From a virus (taxonomy: Duplodnaviria > Heunggongvirae > Uroviricota > Caudoviricetes): 62,746 nt of DNA. Both the position numbers and the translations under genes were made by a program. The stretch is from the IMG/VR virus record IMGVR_UViG_3300046311_000202. One strand, given 5' to 3'. The notes under the pieces were generated by a model that worked only from the letters and a program-made list of their open reading frames with translations, was not told the DNA's origin and did no database searches. Shown in pieces: positions 56,601-62,746 of the stretch (position 1 is its first letter; each line of letters starts with the position of its first letter).

Positions 56601-59600
56601 TTATGTCAAATGCTCAACAGAGTCCATTTGGTAGTAGTATTATTTATCCACTAGGTATAACTATAAATGAAGAACTAATAAATTCATTCTTAGATATAGC
56701 AGTGTTTAATGGCTTGCTTACACAAGAGGATAGAAATAAGATATCTGGATACGAAATATTTAGAGGGGATATCTCTCTAGATAGAAGTGTAGTAGCCTCA
56801 GGGTTGTTATACGATATGAGAAAGTACAAGGAGAACAACACTAAAACAGTGTACTACCCTAACTACCCTTTTAATAGTTACCAGAATGATGTAATGAACC
56901 TAGATGAAGACTTATCTTCAGAAAATGGTGTTACATTTGGACAATCAAATAGAAACTACACATTTCATTCACCAGAAACAGATTACTACAGACAAGGACT
57001 ACCTTCAGAATTAAGTATTCAAGGTTACATGTTTGGTAATTCTAGAGGGCACTTTGATGAAGTACAAGGACACCCTAAGTGGGTTATCTTATCAGATAAA
57101 GCAAGAAACCTTGCAGATGTACTTGCAGGACTACAAGTTACAGCAGAGGCGGTAATAAAAACTGCAGAAATAGCAGCAGCAGGATCTGGAAGTTATGCTT
57201 TTGGTTGGTGGGCTTTTGGTGGAATGACAAATGGTGGTGGAGCTACTCAAAATATAGTTGGAGGAGCTATAGCAACAGCAGCAACTATAGCAGCAGCTAT
57301 TCTTGAAACAGCCACAGCTATAGTGTTCAAATTTGGACAATATAGATATGAATGGTTAAAAATATTTAGAGATTTTGGAAGCCCACATAATTTTGCTTAC
57401 TACTACTATGCAGATGGATTCTACAACTACATACAAAATTCACAAGAAGTAGGTAATAAGATAAGAGGATTACATGTAACTAAATACCTAAAGGATGGTA
57501 GATTTGTAACTACAAATGAAGTTACAGGAGAGCGATTAAATATCAATAACATTGATAGAGAAAACTCTGTACTAGTATCTTTTGGAGACATGCCAATATC
57601 TTACCCAAACAGTGGTTACAAAACTTATGACAAAGGATCAGATGCTAGTATAACGTACCAATCACAAGCAGGATATAATACTATTGGTCGTAGCCCAGAA
57701 GTGGTAAAGAATATTGCTTCTCCTTATGCAGCTATAAAAAACTATTTGCCTACACAGTACGGTACAATAAGTTCTATCAAATGGTTATCTACAGGTTTTA
57801 GAGGAGATTTAAGAAATGCCTCTACAGGATGTCTATCTATTTTTGGAGGAGATACTTATATATCTAGACATACTCTTAAAAGAAAGATGCCGTTGTTTTT
57901 AGTAACTGCAATGAAACAAGCAGATTTAACACCTTATAACTATTTCTTTTATAGTAACATAGGTAAAAATCCTAAATTCTATTGTAGCTATGAGCAAAAC
58001 AAAGATTTCTCAAGCGGTGGAAAAGCTTTCCCAGATATTGTTAGTGATTATGTGTTTGACAACCTTGCAGACTCAGGTAACTATATAGTACCACCTTCAA
58101 AGTTCTACTTATACTACTATGGTATAACAAACTTTTTAGCAGAGACTAGAATAAACACAAACTACAGATACGGAGGAAAAGAACTAAATAGAAACTTTTA
58201 CCCACTAGTAGGAGACTTAGGAGCATGGACACAAGAAGAGTCAGTATCTATTAGAGAGCCTAATGTATTTTTGTACAACACAGAGTACTCAAAACAGATA
58301 TCGCTTACTAGAAGAAGAACATTGTCAGACACTTACGAAAGAGCTTTTAACGAGTGTACACAAGATATGCCAAATGGTATTATTGCAAGTTTACCGGATA
58401 GTACTGAGAATTCTCTATACGATCCTTGGTTAATATATAGACCATTAGATATTTTTGAATTTCCTTCAAACTATGGTAAACTAAAAGATATCATTGATAT
58501 AGAAGGACAAGCAATACTTGCTAGATTTGCAAATACAGCAGTACTATACAACAAAGTAGATAGTAAAGTAGATGACGGGTCAAACCCTACACTTTCTTTA
58601 TTGGGGGGTAACTCTTTCTTTCAAAGAAGATCTACATCTTTCCATAACACTAGATTAGGATATGGTGGTACACAAAATGCTACGTTTATATCTAATGAGT
58701 ACGGACATTTCTATGCGGATGCACAGAGAGGACAGGTATTAATGGTACCATCTAATGGAGAAGGTATGGTAGAAATATCTTCTATGGCAGGTGACAAACA
58801 AAGTGGAATGAGAAACTGGTTTAAAGAGCACTTACCATTTAAGATACTAAACCACTTACCTAATGTAGATATAGACAACCCTTATAACGGAGTTGGTCTT
58901 ACAATGGGTTGGGATAGTAGATATAGAAGAGTGTTCTTGACTAAGAAAGACTACATACCTAAAAATGATTGTATACAATATATTGAAGGTCAAGGTTTTG
59001 TAATAGACGACACTGTTTGTAATGGTGAACCAGCAACAATCTCTTGCCCAGCAGGTTATACATTAGTCGGGAATGTTTGTCAGAGAAATTCTGAAACTGT
59101 TAACCTTTGTCCAGACGGATGGGAATATGATTCAGAAAATAAGACATGTGTATTAATAGAGACTGTAGAAGCAGAGTGTATATGTGCAGCAAATGTAGAG
59201 GTAAGTCCTCAAACAATATGTAGTGGAGATACTACAAGCGTAGCACTTACAAGCACAGAACCAGGAGTAAGTTTCTCATGGACAGCTTCAGCTTCTGGAG
59301 TAACAGGAGCATCATCTGGATCAGGCCTAGCAATAGCACAAACATTATCAGGAGCAGGTACTGTAACATATACAGTAACACCTTTTGAAATAGTTAGCGG
59401 ATGTCAAGGAGTACCTGTACAAGTAATAGTTACAGTGAATGCACAACCAAACATAATAGTTACACCTACTTCCCCACAAGGAATAGAAAGTGGAGATACA
59501 ACTAATATAGCGATAAGCAGCAGTTTGTCTGGAACAACATTCTCATGGACTGTCTCACAAACAACAGGTATAACAGGAGCTACAGCAGGTACAGGTAACT

Positions 59601-60196
59601 CAATAACAGATACAATATCTGCTACAGAAGCAGGTTCAGCAACGTATACTATAACAGCTACTGCACCTAATGGATGTACAAATGTAACAACCTTTATAGT
59701 AGAAGTAACACCACCTATAACAGCTTGTTTAAATAGCTTTATGATAGATGTGGAAACACTTGATGGAGGATGTTCAGGACACTCTTGTAGCCATGCTACA
59801 TTTAAACTTATTGCAAATGGTGTAGACTTAGGGTTTGCATATTTGTCTAACACTGGAGGACCATCTGACATGGGTGATGCAGGAAGTGTACCAAACTTAA
59901 ATATAAACCCAGCTACAGGATTGCCTGGAAGTAATGGAAATAGATATAACAGGTTTACACTTACACCTACACAAGTTACAGCATTATTAGCTACAACTAC
60001 AACTGGTGATGTATCTTTCTCACTAAATTGTGATCAAACAACTGGATGGAATAATTATGGTGGAGTAACCGGTGCATGTCATACAAGTGCAGCGAATATG
60101 AAAATTTATGTAGGGGGAAGTACAACACCAATATATAACAATTGTCCAAACGGTAATTCTATAACAATAAATGTCTGTACTGGTCAAATAGTATAG
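53615..60196 (+). CDS. Tail stabilization/muzzle protein, N-terminal part, with C-terminal Cys-rich and Ig-like repeats
   Basis: KTGMVKD..PSQL...ALNA N-terminus; TFHSPET; IFGGDTYI; QTICSG...SWT PKD-like repeats. Confidence 0.7.
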   Translation: MAQQQNKKINLSSAKTGMVKDTHPSQLTDAQYTHALNANIESESGDSFNLTNEKSNILASKFKAGFKVIGFENDIDSNSTFFFLTNPSTGVGEFGVIEDNQNTNDISDILVDCKDCNKANQLAEPLENLVQLPLQTYTTLLTDADGYLNPTTNICMPFVKGSGFNFSVDHPIKKIVIKNEKCGKNIYFSDDYNVPRHINITDLLDGKYHDQNVPCNDNVTTPCINYDELRIFKLFNIPKIEPATIELGGRLPMGMYEFLIAYSDAAGNEISPYYSITNPIAIFDKNNRILEQKNLADRTNLAIRLVVSGLDKKYSHYKVAVIQTADIEGASRYFIEGIHTINDNTVVYTTEQNKLATSFDKLLIDQLNVERSEGLTASNNILFQYGITQKKEINLQPVMNLLGEFMQWQTHIAPESLYENGVLSSKFLGYNRDEVVPFSIRFLLDGGYETSIFPLISRKMLLFEDELVVNEAGVGINDDIESIIKNKQECNTVNRNKRWQFYNTAFLDDSTVCEGNDSIETVVVTEPITKTCIVEEVETVASGTISIELDNEDYIDLAQYIEDNKGNCPSEFIGTDICAALGADYSAVECDIDPFLDMDCSDITVVPEIVIGDITNEVTEKIEKIFPSNYVVARAPKNCNVYPNNDSTQPAQDPNNILGYQPGQQDQPLTVYVRDSDFENEDCAYATEIVNYTNTSDNLNLGAVNNYYVASSQNSLLTSKTPAASGISGNFLNKIHKGGLWFKGDTEGKSKFIVDISKQKVTAYTDDLNSGSQVRVSIFKSCSDATAIYSKIVDLSSGEMLLFEKDGTTLKIKDSSGTAIPPIPNGWPSNKKYFVVVDAPITTRSIDTDPDMLITTLETVYLVTPTKSCYTVTKRDIEFSRIDVSWDAIRIDKKLVYQATCNFNQPIVQSCKAIPFKKGNFAYWESEETYPDNPELYDSRSLSIPQNFIPVDLRSEFEDAFVKSIANGKYILNDNANFTCANIRHFKFPDNQLVPFMSNAQQSPFGSSIIYPLGITINEELINSFLDIAVFNGLLTQEDRNKISGYEIFRGDISLDRSVVASGLLYDMRKYKENNTKTVYYPNYPFNSYQNDVMNLDEDLSSENGVTFGQSNRNYTFHSPETDYYRQGLPSELSIQGYMFGNSRGHFDEVQGHPKWVILSDKARNLADVLAGLQVTAEAVIKTAEIAAAGSGSYAFGWWAFGGMTNGGGATQNIVGGAIATAATIAAAILETATAIVFKFGQYRYEWLKIFRDFGSPHNFAYYYYADGFYNYIQNSQEVGNKIRGLHVTKYLKDGRFVTTNEVTGERLNINNIDRENSVLVSFGDMPISYPNSGYKTYDKGSDASITYQSQAGYNTIGRSPEVVKNIASPYAAIKNYLPTQYGTISSIKWLSTGFRGDLRNASTGCLSIFGGDTYISRHTLKRKMPLFLVTAMKQADLTPYNYFFYSNIGKNPKFYCSYEQNKDFSSGGKAFPDIVSDYVFDNLADSGNYIVPPSKFYLYYYGITNFLAETRINTNYRYGGKELNRNFYPLVGDLGAWTQEESVSIREPNVFLYNTEYSKQISLTRRRTLSDTYERAFNECTQDMPNGIIASLPDSTENSLYDPWLIYRPLDIFEFPSNYGKLKDIIDIEGQAILARFANTAVLYNKVDSKVDDGSNPTLSLLGGNSFFQRRSTSFHNTRLGYGGTQNATFISNEYGHFYADAQRGQVLMVPSNGEGMVEISSMAGDKQSGMRNWFKEHLPFKILNHLPNVDIDNPYNGVGLTMGWDSRYRRVFLTKKDYIPKNDCIQYIEGQGFVIDDTVCNGEPATISCPAGYTLVGNVCQRNSETVNLCPDGWEYDSENKTCVLIETVEAECICAANVEVSPQTICSGDTTSVALTSTEPGVSFSWTASASGVTGASSGSGLAIAQTLSGAGTVTYTVTPFEIVSGCQGVPVQVIVTVNAQPNIIVTPTSPQGIESGDTTNIAISSSLSGTTFSWTVSQTTGITGATAGTGNSITDTISATEAGSATYTITATAPNGCTNVTTFIVEVTPPITACLNSFMIDVETLDGGCSGHSCSHATFKLIANGVDLGFAYLSNTGGPSDMGDAGSVPNLNINPATGLPGSNGNRYNRFTLTPTQVTALLATTTTGDVSFSLNCDQTTGWNNYGGVTGACHTSAANMKIYVGGSTTPIYNNCPNGNSITINVCTGQIV

Positions 60197-60214
60197 TAAT
60201 AAAAAAATATAAAA

Positions 60215-61144
60215 ATGAATTGTAATTGTCCAAGTGAAGATTATGTAATGTCTACAGTAGACGGTATAGTAATATGTACAAAAACAACAGTGTTAAGTGA
60301 AATAGAGTGTCCACCAGGATGTGCATTAGTTGTACATCCTGATGGCAATGCTCATTGCAACTGTGTAGAAACAGTGCCTGTAATAGTAACTAATTCAATT
60401 GTACCAATAGAGATAACGCCTGAAAACTTTGAAGATGTTTCTTGGACTGTGGCTTTCTCGCCTGTACTTGGTTCTTGGATGAGTTTTTACAGCTTTAAGC
60501 CTAACTATTACATTAGCCACAACAACTATTTCCAAACCGGTATAAATGATTCATCAGATGTATCTGAATTTGGTTTATGGTCACACTTACTTACAAACAA
60601 ATCTTATCAAGTATTCTACGGTAAAAAACAACCTTTTATGATAGAATACCCTATAAAAGAAGAGTTTGCAACTAAGACTTTAAACAATGTCCAAATATGG
60701 ACAGAGGCTAAAAGGTACCACAATGATTATGACTATGCTACTAGTATAGGATTAACATTTAATAAGTCTATGATCTACAATAATATAGTATGTTCAGGTA
60801 ATCTAAACTTAATACCGGAGAAAACAAAAACAGCTAACTCTAAGAACTATCCTAAGACTAATATAAACAATACTCAGGATATTATGATAACTAACCCAGA
60901 TGGTTTTAAATGGAACTATGATTATTTCTATAACAGGGTAAAAAGCAATACTAGCAATATACCATTTTTATTACAAGATAAGAATCAAATAGAAAAATTT
61001 GTAAACACAACATCAGTTAGTTTTAAAGGAAAAGCTTTACTAGAAAGAATGGTAGGAGACTGGTTTTTAAATAGACTTACTTACGACAAAGATAGTAGAT
61101 ATAGCTTAGCTTTAAAGTTCACTATTAATGAGTCAGAAATTTAA
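60215..61144 (+). CDS. Tail stabilization/muzzle protein, C-terminal part
   Basis: WTVAFSP...WMSFYSFKPNYY...LWSH...YG...PFMIEY motifs typical of muzzle C-termini. Confidence 0.6.
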   Translation: MNCNCPSEDYVMSTVDGIVICTKTTVLSEIECPPGCALVVHPDGNAHCNCVETVPVIVTNSIVPIEITPENFEDVSWTVAFSPVLGSWMSFYSFKPNYYISHNNYFQTGINDSSDVSEFGLWSHLLTNKSYQVFYGKKQPFMIEYPIKEEFATKTLNNVQIWTEAKRYHNDYDYATSIGLTFNKSMIYNNIVCSGNLNLIPEKTKTANSKNYPKTNINNTQDIMITNPDGFKWNYDYFYNRVKSNTSNIPFLLQDKNQIEKFVNTTSVSFKGKALLERMVGDWFLNRLTYDKDSRYSLALKFTINESEI

Positions 61145-61180
61145 CTAATTTTGTAAATTCAATAAATTTTCTTAATTTTG
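61144..61180 (+). promoter_or_regulatory. Tandem (A/C)(C/T)TAATTTTG late promoter (27-bp period)
   Basis: Copies at 61144 and 61171. Confidence 0.65.
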
Positions 61181-61218
61181 CCCCTTAATACAATTAGGGG
61201 GCATAACTTTTTTACAAT

Positions 61219-62746
61219 ATGGCAGACAATATAACTAGGCCGGGTAATGTTAGTGATCAGCAGTGGGTAAAAGCACAACAACTATACAATACAGCTAAAA
61301 ATAGAGGGGATAGATATCCAGAGCTAACTGTAGCACAAGCTGCGTTAGAGACAGGCTGGTTTAAAAGCCCTGCTGGAAAATATAATTACTTTGGACAAAA
61401 GGCTTCAAGTAGCCAACAAGGTTCTTTAAAATCAACCACAGAGGTTTCTGGGGGGTCTTCCTATAGAACAAAGGCAAAGTTTAGAGATTATAATACATTA
61501 GATGAAGCAGTAGATGATAGGATAAAAAAATGGGGTAGTAAATATAAAAATGCAAACACTGTAGACGAAGCAATAAGCAGTATTTGGAGATACAACCCAA
61601 AAACAAGATCTGGAGAAGGTTATGCAACAGATGATCAATACGGACAAAAACTAAAAAGCATTCTTGGTTCTATGGGGGTTAGTACTTCAGACCAAGGTAA
61701 TTTAGGAGGAGCAAGATTTCAAGGATATGATATGCCAGACTATGGTGTAAATACAAATGTAAACTTAAACACAAATACAGGAGAATACACAACAGCTCCA
61801 GAATACCAAGAATCTGCTAAAAACACAGAAGCCCAAGCAGCAAAAGAGGAACTTTTACAAAAACAAAACGAAAAAGATTTCCTAGCTGAAATACAAGCTT
61901 CACAACAGCAGCAACAAGAACAACAACAAGATCCAGGCATTGATCAATCATACTACCAAATGCCAGGTATAGCTTTACCAGAATACCAACAAATAGCCGC
62001 AGAACAAGCACAGAGTCAAAGCCAATTTCAATTCCAAGTAGGAGGAAAAAAGGTATCAGATGAACAGCAATGGACTATAGATTATATACAATCACCAAAA
62101 TACAGAGAGAGACTAAAGAACAGTGGGTATAAGGATGTAGATAAAGAGATACAAACTAGGCTTAGCAATGTAAAAAATACAGGAGTAAGCAACTTAAAGA
62201 AGGGGCTATGGGAAAACCTAAAAGAGTTTAGATTACCGCCTGAATCAGGTAGCCAATTTAACTACAAAGAAGTTCTAATAGATTACCCAAGTGATCTTGA
62301 ATATACAAATAAAACTTACCCAGAACTTACTCCACCTACAAGAAGTGAGATAGTAACTCACGAAATTGGTCATGGAGAAACTTCTTATGGAGGGGCAGAT
62401 AAACTAAGACTTAACGATTACGATAAGAGAAACTTAGAAAAAAGAGCTCGTAATGTGGGTTGGATAAATGACCATGACAAAGAGGCAGACGAAAATAAGT
62501 CTGATATAAATGCTTTTAGATACCAGTTAAAAAAACAAGGTATATATGATGCAGGTAAAGAAGAGTTTACAAAAGAGCATCTTAAAAAAGCAAAAGAAAC
62601 TTTTACAAAAGGCAGATTAGGAAGAAACTACTCAGACAAGAGTTTGATATGGTTAATGAATAACATTGCACAGAATGATGATGTAAATGAGGAAGAGATA
62701 GCTTATGCACAAAATGGTATGACATTCTTTCCACAAGTGAATACAC
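61219..62746 (+). CDS. Virion/ejection protein: GH73 glucosaminidase + Gln-rich linker + zincin domain (3'-truncated, not in ORF track)
   Basis: Translated by hand, open to the window end: AQAALETGW, NYFGQKA, FRDY, GYATD..Y; later THEIGH (62359-62373). Confidence 0.85.
   Translation, partial: MADNITRPGNVSDQQWVKAQQLYNTAKNRGDRYPELTVAQAALETGWFKSPAGKYNYFGQKASSSQQGSLKSTTEVSGGSSYRTKAKFRDYNTLDEAVDDRIKKWGSKYKNANTVDEAISSIWRYNPKTRSGEGYATDDQYGQKLKSILGSMGVSTSDQGNLGGARFQGYDMPDYGVNTNVNLNTNTGEYTTAPEYQESAKNTEAQAAKEELLQKQNEKDFLAEIQASQQQQQEQQQDPGIDQSYYQMPGIALPEYQQIAAEQAQSQSQFQFQVGGKKVSDEQQWTIDYIQSPKYRERLKNSGYKDVDKEIQTRLSNVKNTGVSNLKKGLWENLKEFRLPPESGSQFNYKEVLIDYPSDLEYTNKTYPELTPPTRSEIVTHEIGHGETSYGGADKLRLNDYDKRNLEKRARNVGWINDHDKEADENKSDINAFRYQLKKQGIYDAGKEEFTKEHLKKAKETFTKGRLGRNYSDKSLIWLMNNIAQNDDVNEEEIAYAQNGMTFFPQVNT

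Noticed and set aside
60194-60217. Readthrough joining the 2193-aa and 309-aa in-frame ORFs
   Set aside because: Three consecutive stops (TAG TAA TAA) and a good A-rich leader before ATG 60215
1-62746. Genome-wide stop-codon reassignment (TAG=Gln or TGA=Trp) as in some crAss-like phages
   Set aside because: Code 11 gives intact full-length TerL, portal, MCP, RecA and GroEL; TAG and TGA end genes at expected positions; no suppressor tRNA in the window. Only the single TGA at 31279 looks leaky.
1-62746. Integrase, transposase or anti-phage defence island
   Set aside because: No recombinase, transposase or recognisable defence-gene motifs; content is consistent with a lytic phage

Overview
A 62.7-kb, AT-rich segment of a large lytic dsDNA phage. 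Its gene content and order resemble Crassvirales-like or large Flavobacteriia podoviruses. A Bacteroidota host is inferred from many TTTG-N19/20-TAnnTTTG promoter matches. Standard code 11 gives full-length ORFs. Four blocks are visible. (1) 1-5360, minus strand: small early/host-takeover-type ORFs separated by repeated promoters, hairpins and a CTCTCAC pre-start motif. (2) About 5360-5990: non-coding, possibly the genome end. (3) 5991-16054, minus strand: thioredoxin, a degenerate tRNA-Met(CAT), structured non-coding elements, GroES-like + GroEL, SSB-like protein, PhoH, RecA and an SF2 helicase. (4) 16684 to the end, plus strand: terminase, portal, major capsid protein, lysis cassette, tail fibres, a glycosyltransferase/oxygenase block interleaved with mucin-like Thr-rich proteins, ring and muzzle proteins, and a truncated GH73 + zincin virion protein. 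The leading candidates for new biology are a phage-encoded O-glycosylation system for mucin-like virion proteins, an in-frame UGA readthrough that extends a structural protein, a non-lipoprotein beta-anchored spanin, and a GNRA-rich structured ncRNA. Family assignments come from motifs recognised by eye; no database searches or folding programs were run.
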